In this document: positions 1 to 9,555 of the stretch, in pieces
How the letters are laid out: every line of letters begins with the position of its first letter
Position numbering within the stretch: the stretch's first letter is position 1
From: Fidelibacterota bacterium
Lineage (GTDB): Bacteria; Fidelibacterota; Marinisomatia; Marinisomatales; S15-B10
Length of the DNA stretch: 28,847 bases
NCBI GenBank assembly: GCA_046861655.1
Contig: JBHIAI010000009.1
Coordinates: forward strand, 1-28,847
Direction: 5' to 3'
Notes under the pieces: model-generated
What the model was told of the DNA's origin: nothing
Database searches by the model: none
Seen by the model: the letters and a program-made list of their open reading frames with translations, nothing else
Translations under genes and position numbers: made by a program

Positions 1-1
1 G

Positions 2-316
2 AACGAGTCCAAAATAACCACGCTGGGAGTCTCTGAGGAGACCCTCAGGTCGGTGGGAGCCGTGAGCCAAGAGTCGGCCGGCGAGATGGCCTCGGGTGTC
101 CGCAGGCTGTTCCAGGCCGATATCGGGGTTTCCATCACCGGTATAGCGGGACCCACCGGAGCGACGGCAGAAAAACCTGTGGGTCTTACCTATATCGGTC
201 TGGACTTTTCGGGCGATATCGAGGTAAGCCGGTACGTCTTCTCAGAGGATAGGCGGTTCAACAAAGAACTGGCAGCCCAGACTGCACTGAACCTTCTTCG
301 TCTCAGTCTTTCATAA
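2..316 (+). CDS. cinA: CinA / nicotinamide mononucleotide deamidase (PncC-like) C-terminal domain, 5'-truncated by window edge
   Basis: Frame is open from base 2: NESKITTLGVSEETLRSVGAVSQE...SITGIAGPTGATAEKPVGLTYIG, typical CinA C-terminal motifs; lies upstream of thpR-recA. Confidence 0.9.
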   Translation, partial: NESKITTLGVSEETLRSVGAVSQESAGEMASGVRRLFQADIGVSITGIAGPTGATAEKPVGLTYIGLDFSGDIEVSRYVFSEDRRFNKELAAQTALNLLRLSLS

Positions 317-337
317 CGGCGGTAGGAAGGGATAACC

Positions 338-916
338 ATGGGTGCTGAAAAACTCTTGCGAACGTTTCTTGCCGTGGAACTGCCCGACCAGGTAAAACGG
401 ACAGCCCACCTTCTGCATACCACGGTGGAAGCCAGGCCGAAAGTGGTGAAATGGCTAAAATCGAGCAACATACACCTGACTCTTCGTTTCATCGGTCCCA
501 CTCCGGAGGAAGAGGTTCCCCGCATCCATCAGGCTGTGGGGGGTGTGATCTCCGGTCACAGGGATTTCACCCTCCGGATCGAAGGAACAGGCGTTTTTCC
601 CAAGAAGCAAAGACCCCGGGTGTTGTGGATGGGCGTTCGGGGAGACTTGGACAGCCTGACCGCCATGGTGCGGGAGATGAACCGGGCTCTGGAGTCCCTG
701 GGCTATCCACCTGAAGAGCGGGAGTATTCTCCGCACGTAACGATCGGGCGGATCCGCTATCCACAAAAGGTTACTCCTGATGTCTCTGATTTCTTAAATT
801 CACGTTACCAGTCTATCGTGTTTGATGTTCAGAAGGTAACTTTTTTTCAAAGTGATCTGGTCCCTGGAGGGCCCATCTATTCCGTTCTCGGTGTCCATGA
901 GTTGACGCCTTCATGA
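338..916 (+). CDS. thpR: RNA 2',3'-cyclic phosphodiesterase (2H phosphoesterase, 2'-5' RNA ligase family)
   Basis: N-terminal RTFLAVEL; two HxT motifs (HLTLRFIG, HVTIGR); RPRVLW motif. Confidence 0.92.
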   Translation: MGAEKLLRTFLAVELPDQVKRTAHLLHTTVEARPKVVKWLKSSNIHLTLRFIGPTPEEEVPRIHQAVGGVISGHRDFTLRIEGTGVFPKKQRPRVLWMGVRGDLDSLTAMVREMNRALESLGYPPEEREYSPHVTIGRIRYPQKVTPDVSDFLNSRYQSIVFDVQKVTFFQSDLVPGGPIYSVLGVHELTPS

Positions 917-933
917 GGGGAAGGAGAGGTTGA

Positions 934-1986
934 ATGATCAAGGAAGATGACAAGAAGCTGAAAGCGATTGAGCTTGCCGTAGGTCAGATAGACCGCCAGT
1001 TTGGCAAAGGTTCTATCATGCGTCTGGGAGATGAGGAAAAGGCAGGGAAATTCGATGTGATTCCCACCGGAGCCCTTTCCCTGGATGCTGCTCTGGTTAT
1101 CGGAGGGGTTCCCCGGGGCCGAATCACCGAGATCTATGGACCTGAGATGTCCGGCAAGACCACCCTGGCTCTTCATATTCTCGCCGAAGCCCAGAAGAAC
1201 GGGGGCTACGGTGTTTTCATCGATGCTGAACACGCTCTCGATCCCGTCTACGCCCAGAAGTTGGGTGTGAATATCTCGGATTTACTGGTCTCCCAGCCCG
1301 ATACGGGCGAGCAGGCCCTGGAAATCTGCGAGACCCTGGTAAGAAGTGGTGCTGTGGACATCATCATCATCGACTCCGTGGCTGCTCTTGTCCCCAGGGT
1401 TGAACTGGAGGGAGAGATGGGTGAAAGCTATGTGGGGCTTCAGGCCAGACTCATGTCCCAGGCCCTCCGAAAACTCACCGGTACGGTCTCCAAATCCAAG
1501 ACCTGCGTTATCTTTATCAATCAGCTCCGGGAGAAGATCGGCGTCATGTTCGGGAGTCCGGAAGTCACACCCGGCGGCCGAGCCTTGAAATTCTATACCT
1601 CTATCAGGATGGACATCCGTCGCATCGCATCTATCAAGGATGGGGAGCAGAACGTTGGCAGCCGCGTCCGGGTTAAGGTCGTAAAGAACAAGTGTGCCCC
1701 TCCGTTCAGACAGACCGAGTTTGACATCATATATGGGGAGGGCATATCCTACGAAGGGGATCTTCTGGACTTGGGTATCAAAGCCGGTGTGATCGAGAAA
1801 TCGGGAGCCTGGTTTTCCTACGGGGATGAGAAACTCGGCCAGGGACGCGAAAACGCCAGGAGCTACCTCAAAGAATACGCGGACATCCGGGAAACAATCG
1901 AGAAAGAGGTGATGTCGTTCCTGGGCTTGGATTCTGGAGAGACTGTCAAAGAGTCCGAAGAGACGGCCAAGGAGTCCGCCACCTGA
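934..1986 (+). CDS. recA: Recombinase RecA
   Basis: [72 protein letters not shown] upstream. Confidence 0.99.
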   Translation: MIKEDDKKLKAIELAVGQIDRQFGKGSIMRLGDEEKAGKFDVIPTGALSLDAALVIGGVPRGRITEIYGPEMSGKTTLALHILAEAQKNGGYGVFIDAEHALDPVYAQKLGVNISDLLVSQPDTGEQALEICETLVRSGAVDIIIIDSVAALVPRVELEGEMGESYVGLQARLMSQALRKLTGTVSKSKTCVIFINQLREKIGVMFGSPEVTPGGRALKFYTSIRMDIRRIASIKDGEQNVGSRVRVKVVKNKCAPPFRQTEFDIIYGEGISYEGDLLDLGIKAGVIEKSGAWFSYGDEKLGQGRENARSYLKEYADIRETIEKEVMSFLGLDSGETVKESEETAKESAT

Positions 1987-1990
1987 GGGA

Positions 1991-2629
1991 ATGGTCACCG
2001 AAAATGAAGTTACCGACATAAGGGTCAATGTAAAGCGCACCGACAGACGGTCTGTTTACATCAACGGCGAGTATGCCTTCAGTGTTTCTGAAGGCATTTT
2101 TGTTGAGCATGGTATTGCGGTGGGCGACCGCCTCACCGATGAAGAAATCCGCAACCTGGTGGCCCTCGATCGACACCAGAGAATCAAGGACGCGGCCCTG
2201 ACTTTTCTCAGCTACCGGCCCAGAAGCGTTCAGGAAATGAGAAGGAGGCTGGGGGAGAAGGGATGGTCCAATCAGGAGATTGAGCCGGTAATCGAAGAAC
2301 TGGAGAAAAAAGACCTTCTCAACGACGAGGAATTCGCCGTCCTTTTCGCCCGGGACAGGGTCCAGAGAAAGTTTCTCGGTCCGGCGGCACTCAGGTATGA
2401 ACTCAAGCGAATGGGAATAGACCAGGATCTGGCTGAACGGGTGATCGAAGACACCTACCGGACGACCCCTCCCGAGGCCTTGATCCAGTCCCTTCTCGAA
2501 GCCAGGAGGATTGACCTTTCAAGGCCGGTGGACAGGAAAGAAAGGACGAGGCTGATCAATCTGTTGAAGCGAAAGGGGTTTTCATGGGCCCACATGGAAC
2601 CCCTCATCTCTCGTCTAAAAACACATTGA
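1991..2629 (+). CDS. recX: Regulatory protein RecX
   Basis: Directly after recA; ALTFLSYRPRS..EMRRRL, LLNDEEFA, ELKRMGI, LKRKGFS motifs. Confidence 0.92.
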   Translation: MVTENEVTDIRVNVKRTDRRSVYINGEYAFSVSEGIFVEHGIAVGDRLTDEEIRNLVALDRHQRIKDAALTFLSYRPRSVQEMRRRLGEKGWSNQEIEPVIEELEKKDLLNDEEFAVLFARDRVQRKFLGPAALRYELKRMGIDQDLAERVIEDTYRTTPPEALIQSLLEARRIDLSRPVDRKERTRLINLLKRKGFSWAHMEPLISRLKTH

Positions 2630-2654
2630 ATATCCTTGGTCCTGACGGTAAATT
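2626..2654 (+). promoter_or_regulatory. Putative sigma70-type promoter for alaS (TTGAAT-17 nt-TAAATT)
   Basis: -35-like 2626-2631, 17-nt spacer, -10-like 2649-2654; overlapped by a palindrome at 2641-2669. Confidence 0.45.
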
Positions 2655-2672
2655 CAATTTTGCGTCAGGTTC

Positions 2673-5306
2673 ATGACTACCCCCCTCAAGAGGATGCAGT
2701 CCAACGAAATCCGACAGTCGTTCATCGATTTTTTCCAGGACCGGGATCACTCCCTGGTGCGAGGAACTTCCCTTATCCCGAGGGATGATCCCACTCTGCT
2801 GTTTACCAACGCCGGGATGAACCAGTTCAAGAATATTTTCCTGGGCCGGCAGAAGCCCAGGTATCCCAGGGTAGTGAATTCCCAGAAATGCATCAGGGTG
2901 AGTGGAAAACACAATGATCTTGAAGAGGTGGGCCTGGACGATTATCATCACACTTTTTTTGAAATGCTGGGCAACTGGTCCTTCGGCGATTACTACAAGG
3001 AGGAGGCCATAAGGTGGGCCTGGGAACTCCTGACAGAGGTCTGGGGTCTTCCGAAAGACCGCCTGTGGGCTACCGTGTACACGGATGACGATGAGGCGGA
3101 AGACCTGTGGAAGAAGGCTACCGACATTGATCCTGCCCGGGTTTTGAAATTTGGCAAACAGGAGAATTTCTGGGAGATGGGAGACGTGGGTCCATGCGGC
3201 CCTTCGTCCGAAGTTCATTACTACGTGGGAAAGGACCTCTCGCGGCAGTCGCTGAAAGGGGTTAACACGTCGGATGAATACTGGGAGTTGTGGAATCTGG
3301 TATTCATTCAATATAACCGGGACCAGGACGGACGGTTGGAAGGTCTGCCCCAGAAGCACGTGGATACGGGAGCCGGCCTGGAACGGCTGACGGCCGTTCT
3401 CCAGAACAAGACCAGCGACTACGAAACCGATCTGTTTCAGCCCACCATACGGGATCTGGAATCCATGGCCCAGAGCCAGTTTGACCGGGACCCGGTAGCC
3501 CATCGCGTGATTTCAGACCACGTCCGGATGCTGGCCTTTGCCATTGCCGACGGGGTCATGCCCTCCAATGAAGGGCGGGGATACGTTCTCCGGAGGATTC
3601 TGAGGCGGGCGGCGAGATTCGGCCACCGGCTGGGCCTCATGGACCCTTTTCTCCACCGGCTGGCAAAAACGGTCTCGGACGGAATGGGTGATACGTACCC
3701 GGAGCTGGTTGAACGCCTGAAACATATTGAAAGCGTCATCGAGGCCGAGGAGAAAAACTTCAACGCAACCCTGGACAAAGGAATGGATAATTTCGAGAAA
3801 ATCGTCTCCAGTCTGTCCGGGAGTGTCATTCCGGGGATTGCGGCGTTTCGTCTGTATGACACCTACGGGTTTCCCGTTGATTTGACCGAACAGATGGCCC
3901 GGGAAAGGGGTCTGACTGTGGAGTTGGAAGGATTTGATCAGGCCATGGAGGAGCAGCGTGAAAGAACTCGATCCCTGGCCAGGTTTACCCTGGATTCTTC
4001 CCGGGGAAAATGGGTGGAACTCACCAAGGGATCAGACTCTGAATTCGTGGGCTACACCGACCTTGCGACCGATTCCGTAATCCGGCGGTATCAGGTATCC
4101 CAGGGTAAGGTTCTGGTGATTCTGGATAAGACGCCATTCTACGGGGAACAGGGGGGTCAGGTGGGAGATACGGGGGTCCTGGAAGGGGACGGATTCACCA
4201 TCCCGGTAGAGGACACTGTCAAAGACGGTCCCCACCACATCCATGTGGGAGAGTTTGCCGAGGGGGTGGAGATTTCCGGGGAAAAGGTCAAGGCCCGGAT
4301 TGACGCCCACCGCCGGCAGAAGATCCGGTTGAATCACACCGCCACCCATCTTCTCCACAAAGCACTGAAGGTGGTGTTGGGGGAGCATGTTCAGCAAGCC
4401 GGCTCCCTGGTGGGCCCTGATTATCTGCGGTTCGATCTGACCCATTATCAGAAAATCACCCGGGACGAAATCAGGGAAATCGAACGCATCACCAACCGGG
4501 AAATCCAGAACAATACTGCCCTGGATATCACCGTTAGAGACTTCGATCAGGCCAGGAAGGACGGTGCGGTCGCCATCTTTGAAGAGAAATACGGAGATCG
4601 CGTCAGGGTGATCACCATAGGGGATTTTTCCAAGGAGCTCTGTGGGGGCACCCATGTGGACCGTACCGGGGACATAGGCTTTTTCAAAATCATCGATGAG
4701 TCGGCCCTGGCCGCCGGCGTTCGCCGTCTCGTAGCCGTTACGGGACCCGAAGCCGTGAGATTCGTGGGGGAGGAATTCGATTCCCTTTCCCGTCTTCAGG
4801 AAGCGTTGAACTGTTCCCGGGAGGAAGTCATGGAACGGGTAGTCTCCCTGCTGGACGAAAAGAAGCGGCTGGAGAAGGAGCTCAAGAAGCGAAGGTCCCG
4901 GGATGGGACCGACCAGTTGGCCAGGATCGTCAAACAGAGCAGAACCGTGGGGAAGCGAAGGATGGTGGTGACCCGGGTTAAGGCGGACGATCTGGATCAT
5001 CTGAAAGGGATTGGAGACCAGGTGGCCCAGTGGCTGGAAAGCGGCGTGGGTGTACTCCTGAGCCGTATCGATTCCAAGCCCAGTCTGGTCTGCGTGGTGA
5101 CCCGGGATCTGGTGAAAGAGGGTATCCGTGCCGACAAACTGGCTCAATCCTTCGGAGAGAAACTGGGCGGGGGTGGGGGAGGAAAAGCCCATCTGGCCAC
5201 CGCCGGAGGGAAAGAGACAGGTAACGTGAAAACGGCCATGAAGGACATTCAAGAAGATATCTCGGCCCTTCTGGGAAAACTTCAAGAGGAATCCTCTGGG
5301 AAATGA
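2673..5306 (+). CDS. alaS: Alanine--tRNA ligase (alternative start ATG 2694)
   Basis: DPTLLFTNAGMNQFK, HHTFFEMLGNWSFGDY, DTGAGLER, editing motifs HTATHLLH and ELCGGTH, C-terminal GGGGGK (DHHA1). Confidence 0.99.
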   Translation: MTTPLKRMQSNEIRQSFIDFFQDRDHSLVRGTSLIPRDDPTLLFTNAGMNQFKNIFLGRQKPRYPRVVNSQKCIRVSGKHNDLEEVGLDDYHHTFFEMLGNWSFGDYYKEEAIRWAWELLTEVWGLPKDRLWATVYTDDDEAEDLWKKATDIDPARVLKFGKQENFWEMGDVGPCGPSSEVHYYVGKDLSRQSLKGVNTSDEYWELWNLVFIQYNRDQDGRLEGLPQKHVDTGAGLERLTAVLQNKTSDYETDLFQPTIRDLESMAQSQFDRDPVAHRVISDHVRMLAFAIADGVMPSNEGRGYVLRRILRRAARFGHRLGLMDPFLHRLAKTVSDGMGDTYPELVERLKHIESVIEAEEKNFNATLDKGMDNFEKIVSSLSGSVIPGIAAFRLYDTYGFPVDLTEQMARERGLTVELEGFDQAMEEQRERTRSLARFTLDSSRGKWVELTKGSDSEFVGYTDLATDSVIRRYQVSQGKVLVILDKTPFYGEQGGQVGDTGVLEGDGFTIPVEDTVKDGPHHIHVGEFAEGVEISGEKVKARIDAHRRQKIRLNHTATHLLHKALKVVLGEHVQQAGSLVGPDYLRFDLTHYQKITRDEIREIERITNREIQNNTALDITVRDFDQARKDGAVAIFEEKYGDRVRVITIGDFSKELCGGTHVDRTGDIGFFKIIDESALAAGVRRLVAVTGPEAVRFVGEEFDSLSRLQEALNCSREEVMERVVSLLDEKKRLEKELKKRRSRDGTDQLARIVKQSRTVGKRRMVVTRVKADDLDHLKGIGDQVAQWLESGVGVLLSRIDSKPSLVCVVTRDLVKEGIRADKLAQSFGEKLGGGGGGKAHLATAGGKETGNVKTAMKDIQEDISALLGKLQEESSGK

Positions 5307-6769
5307 CGGACCGTCCTGAGGATCGTACGCCCCTGATTTTTCACCTTAGCCGGTCCGGCAAGGTCGGGTTTATTCCCCCCGTGACCGACGTACCGGAGAT
5401 CCCTCACGGAGACGTTTTCGATCCGGATTCCTTGCGCCGGGAGGACGCGCCCCTTCCCGAAGTGACGGAGCCCGAAGTTGTCCGTCATTTTACCAATCTG
5501 TCCTCCAAGAACCATCATGTGGACAAGGATGTCTATCCCCTCGGATCCTGCACCATGAAGTACAATCCCAAGGTGAACGACGCCATGGCTCAGCTTTCCG
5601 GATTTCAGTTCCTCCATCCCCTTCAGCCGGAAGAAACGGTTCAGGGCGCCCTGGCCGTGATGGCTGGGCTGGAGGAACAGCTTAGATCCATCACCGGGAT
5701 GGACCGGTTTACCCTCCAGCCCAGTGCCGGGTCTCAGGGGGAACTGGTAGGAGTGCTCATCATGCACAAATACCACGCCACCCGGGGCAATAAGAAAACC
5801 AAGATCCTTATCCCTGATTCCGCTCACGGCACCAACCCAGCCAGTGTTGTCATGGGAGGGTTCGATGTGCTTCAGGTAAAATCCAACTCCCAGGGCCGGG
5901 TGGACCTTGATGATATCAAGGCCAAACTGACCCACGAAGTGGCGGGGATGATGTTGACACAGCCCAACACCCTGGGCCTTTTCGAATCGGAGATCATGGA
6001 TATCACCCGTCTCATTCACAGCGTGGATGGAATCATGTACATGGATGGTGCAAATCTCAATGCCCTTCTGGGGATCACCCGGCCTGTGGACATGGGGTTT
6101 GACATTGTTCACATCAATCTACACAAGACCTTTTCTACCCCCCACGGTGGGGGCGGGCCTGGGGCTGGCCCTATTGGAGTGGTTCAAGAACTTGAGGAAT
6201 TCCTCCCGTCCCCCCTGGTTGTCTTTGACGGGAAATCCTATCGGGTGAACAGCAGTCTACCCAACTCTGTGGGAAGGGTCCATTCTTTCATGGGAAACTT
6301 TGGGATTCTGGTTCGAGCCTACACCTATATCAACCTTCTGGGCAAAGAAGGTCTTAGCACTGTATCGAGACAGGCCATCCTGAACGCAAACTATCTGAAG
6401 CACCGGATCTCCGCCGCCTACCAGATGTTCCAGGAAGAACCCTGCATGCACGAGTTTGTGGCTACGGGGGTCCGGCAGAAAAAACGGGGGGTGAGAATGA
6501 TGGACATCGCCAAACGGCTCCTGGATTTCGGTTTTCATGCCCCCACCGTGTACTTTCCTATCAATATTCCAGAGGCTATGATGGTGGAACCTACCGAATC
6601 TGAGACCCGGGAAAGCCTGGACCGTTTTGCCCAGGCTCTCCTTACTATCGATGCGGAATCAAAGACAGATCCTGACCGTATCCGGCAGGCACCTCATGCC
6701 ACTCCGGTGAGGCGCCTGGATGAAGCCGCAGCCAACCGGGTTCTCAATCTCAGATGGACTCCCGGATAG
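5303..6769 (+). CDS. gcvPB: Glycine dehydrogenase (decarboxylating) subunit 2
   Basis: YPLGSCTMKYNPK, PDSAHGTNPAS, YMDGANLNA, PLP-lysine motif NLHKTFSTPHGGGGPG; 488 aa fits the beta subunit. Confidence 0.96.
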   Translation: MTDRPEDRTPLIFHLSRSGKVGFIPPVTDVPEIPHGDVFDPDSLRREDAPLPEVTEPEVVRHFTNLSSKNHHVDKDVYPLGSCTMKYNPKVNDAMAQLSGFQFLHPLQPEETVQGALAVMAGLEEQLRSITGMDRFTLQPSAGSQGELVGVLIMHKYHATRGNKKTKILIPDSAHGTNPASVVMGGFDVLQVKSNSQGRVDLDDIKAKLTHEVAGMMLTQPNTLGLFESEIMDITRLIHSVDGIMYMDGANLNALLGITRPVDMGFDIVHINLHKTFSTPHGGGGPGAGPIGVVQELEEFLPSPLVVFDGKSYRVNSSLPNSVGRVHSFMGNFGILVRAYTYINLLGKEGLSTVSRQAILNANYLKHRISAAYQMFQEEPCMHEFVATGVRQKKRGVRMMDIAKRLLDFGFHAPTVYFPINIPEAMMVEPTESETRESLDRFAQALLTIDAESKTDPDRIRQAPHATPVRRLDEAAANRVLNLRWTPG

Positions 6770-6788
6770 ATGATTTCGTGATCCGCCC

Positions 6789-7682
6789 ATGCGCTTCCTG
6801 ATTATCGCGAATCCCACCGGGGGAAAGGGAAAGATTTCCAGGATACTGCCCCGGGTGGAATTCCTTCTCCGTCAACTCGGCGCCGATTTCCGTATTCAGA
6901 GGACCAACGGTCCTGACCATGCCACGGCCATCGCCAGGGATGAAGGGGAAGGTTTCGATGTTGTGGTGGCCCTGGGAGGGGACGGTACCGTCAATGAGAC
7001 GGTTAACGGACTTGTGGGTTCCACTACCCCCCTGGGGATTATTCCCCTGGGTACCGCCAACGACTTCGCCCGGAGCTTCGGGATTCCTCTTTCCCTGGAG
7101 GATTCTATCGGCACCCTGGTAAGAGGAAAGCCGAAACCGATCGACCTGGGTGTGGTGAATGGCCGCTATTTCAGCAATGCCCTAGGGGTGGGCTTCGACG
7201 CCATGACCAGCGAGGCAACCCGGTCCATACGCTGGTTGAAGGGTGGCCTTCTTTATGCCTGGGCGACCCTGAAGACCCTGAGCAAGTACACGGCCATTCC
7301 CATGAGAATCGAACTGGACGACCGGGTCATTGAAGAAGATACGTATCTGGTCTGCGTTGGCAATGGTTCGTCCGTGGGAGGCGGTCTTCACCTGACGCCA
7401 GAGGCGGTGATGGACGACGGAGTATTTCACGTGTGTCATATTCGGGACATCTCTCCCTTGAAAGTCGTGGGGAATTTCCTGAAACTGATCAACGGAACCG
7501 TGGAAAAGGTGGATGAGGTAACCATACACCAATCCCGGAACGTCAGGATTACCAGCGAGGTTCCCCTTCCCGTTCATGTGGACGGAGAACTGCCCCAGAA
7601 CGAGGTCACCCAGATGGAGGTAGAGCTCATCCCCAAAGCGCTGTTGGTCATAGGCAACTGGACAGGTGGTGGTCCGGAGTAG
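6789..7682 (+). CDS. YegS/DgkB-like diacylglycerol/lipid kinase family protein
   Basis: NPTGGKG, GGDGTVNE, PLGTANDFA, HVDGE motifs. Confidence 0.92.
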   Translation: MRFLIIANPTGGKGKISRILPRVEFLLRQLGADFRIQRTNGPDHATAIARDEGEGFDVVVALGGDGTVNETVNGLVGSTTPLGIIPLGTANDFARSFGIPLSLEDSIGTLVRGKPKPIDLGVVNGRYFSNALGVGFDAMTSEATRSIRWLKGGLLYAWATLKTLSKYTAIPMRIELDDRVIEEDTYLVCVGNGSSVGGGLHLTPEAVMDDGVFHVCHIRDISPLKVVGNFLKLINGTVEKVDEVTIHQSRNVRITSEVPLPVHVDGELPQNEVTQMEVELIPKALLVIGNWTGGGPE

Positions 7683-8136
7683 GCATTGCACCGGGGGAAT
7701 CGTTCTGGCGGTGGTCTTCCTGGCTTCCCTCACCTGTGCCAGAGGGTCAGACTCCGTCGCCGTGGAAAAATCCCCTTCCAGGGCCGCTCTCTACTCCATG
7801 CTCCTCCCGGGGGCAGGTCAGGTCTACAACAGGAAGTATGTTAAGGCCCTGCTGATCTTTGCGGCCCAGGCGACCATGGCTTACCAATTCTACCGTAATC
7901 TGAAGATCTACGGCGAGTGGGATCCGGAGACATACGAACTTCCCCAGTTCCGCTACCGGGAGAAGAGGAACAAATATGCCTGGTGGACGGCCTTTGTCTA
8001 CATCTACAACATCCTGGACGCCCTGGTGGACAGTCACCTTTCTTCCTTTGACGAAGATGAGTTTGAGGGAATTGAACCTCTTCCTGAAGAGGAGGTGTCC
8101 CCCGAATCTGTAATAAGACACAGGAAGGATGCCTGA
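7666..8136 (+). CDS. DUF5683-like membrane protein
   Basis: KSPSRAALYSMLLPGAGQVYNRKY and YNILDALVDSHL resemble DUF5683; signal-like N-terminus; GTG start uncertain. Confidence 0.7.
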   Translation: MVVRSRHCTGGIVLAVVFLASLTCARGSDSVAVEKSPSRAALYSMLLPGAGQVYNRKYVKALLIFAAQATMAYQFYRNLKIYGEWDPETYELPQFRYREKRNKYAWWTAFVYIYNILDALVDSHLSSFDEDEFEGIEPLPEEEVSPESVIRHRKDA

Positions 8137-9517
8137 GCAGAGGGAACATTGGGCTTCACGGATGGGCTTTATCCTGGCCGCGGCCGGTTCAGCTATCGGC
8201 CTGGGGAATGTATGGAAGTTTCCCTACATCGCCGGGGAAAACGGCGGAGCCGCGTTCGTTTTTGTCTACCTCATATGCATCGCTGTGATCGGGCTTCCCG
8301 TTCTCATCGCCGAAGTGCTCATGGGCCGGACTACCGAGCGCAATCCTGTGGGAGCGTTCAAGAAGCTAAGTGGATCGCGGTTCTGGACTGGAGTGGGGGC
8401 GGTCGGGGTAGTGGCAGGGCTCGCCATCCTGTCGTTTTACAGTGTGGTGGCCGGGTGGTCCCTGGGATACATTGTTGAGTCTGTCCGGGGGGCCTTCTAC
8501 GATCTTGAGTCCTCAGGCGCCGCAGGCAATCATTTTATCGCCTTGACGTCCAATATCCCGTGGATCGTGGGGTTTCACGCCATGTTCTTTCTGGTGACCA
8601 TGACCGTCGTCTATGCCGGGGTTCAGAACGGCATCGAACGGGGCAGTAAGATCATGATGCCCGTTCTGTTTGTACTTCTCATCATTCTGGTCATCAGAGG
8701 GTTGACCCTGCCCGGATCGGAGAAAGGACTGGCCTTCCTGTGGAACCCCGACTGGAGCAAGATATCGGGTCAGGCTGTCTTGATTGCCCTCGGTCACGCC
8801 TTTTTTACCCTGAGCCTGGGAATGGGGGCCATGATGACCTATGGCAGTTATATGTCCAGGAAAGATTCCATTCCCGGTGCTGCACTGCAGATCGTGGCCC
8901 TTGACACCGTAATTGCCCTTCTGGCCGGAGTGGCCATCTTTACCGCCGTGTTTGCCACCGGGCAAGATCCGGCTACTGGCCCGGGTTTGATTTTCCACAC
9001 TCTCCCCTTTGTGTTCAGCCGGATGCCTGGCGGGTATTTCTTCGGGGCCCTGTTCTTCGTCCTTCTGACCATCGCCGCTCTCACTTCGGCTATTTCCCTC
9101 CTGGAAGTCGTGGTGGCCTTTTTTGTGGATGAACTCAAGTGGCTCCGTCACAGGGCTGTCTTGATTGTGGGAGGCATTGCCTTTTCGCTGGGGATCCCCA
9201 GCGCCCTCTCCTTTAACGCCATGGCGGATGCCAGGTTGTTCGGCAAAACGTTCTTCGATTTGGTCGACTTCCTGGCTTCGAACATACTTCTTCCCCTGGG
9301 CGGGCTCTTCATTTCGGTTTTTGTCGCCTGGGTGTGGGGTCTCGACCGCAGCATAGAAAAACTCAAAGAGGGAGCGGAGGACCTGTTCGCAAGATTCAGA
9401 TGGCGAATGGATGTATGGAAGACCTTCCTCAAATACCTGTCGCCCATACTCATTTTCCTTGTCCTTCTCAATTCCATCGGTCTCTTGACCAGACTGATCG
9501 ACTGGGTTTTCCCCTAG
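8129..9517 (+). CDS. Sodium-dependent transporter, NSS/SNF (LeuT-like) family
   Basis: REHWASRMGFILAAAGSAIGLGNVWKFPY, FFTLSLGMG, ALTSAISLLE; many hydrophobic segments. Confidence 0.96.
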   Translation: MPEQREHWASRMGFILAAAGSAIGLGNVWKFPYIAGENGGAAFVFVYLICIAVIGLPVLIAEVLMGRTTERNPVGAFKKLSGSRFWTGVGAVGVVAGLAILSFYSVVAGWSLGYIVESVRGAFYDLESSGAAGNHFIALTSNIPWIVGFHAMFFLVTMTVVYAGVQNGIERGSKIMMPVLFVLLIILVIRGLTLPGSEKGLAFLWNPDWSKISGQAVLIALGHAFFTLSLGMGAMMTYGSYMSRKDSIPGAALQIVALDTVIALLAGVAIFTAVFATGQDPATGPGLIFHTLPFVFSRMPGGYFFGALFFVLLTIAALTSAISLLEVVVAFFVDELKWLRHRAVLIVGGIAFSLGIPSALSFNAMADARLFGKTFFDLVDFLASNILLPLGGLFISVFVAWVWGLDRSIEKLKEGAEDLFARFRWRMDVWKTFLKYLSPILIFLVLLNSIGLLTRLIDWVFP

Positions 9518-9555
9518 GGATACCTGTCCTTTAGTGAGACTCATGTCCATCCCGC

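Noticed and set aside
2..2629. cinA-thpR-recA-recX as a novel system
   Set aside because: Well-known conserved gene cluster in many bacteria
2604..6112. Long minus-strand ORFs (2604-3503, 4032-5285, 5282-6112)
   Set aside because: Antisense shadows of alaS and gcvPB, expected from codon bias at this GC; no recognisable motifs
8513..9550. 345-aa minus-strand ORF, and similar ones at 1282-2040, 17215-18072, 22445-23065 and 23537-24262
   Set aside because: Lie opposite well-supported genes; no family motifs
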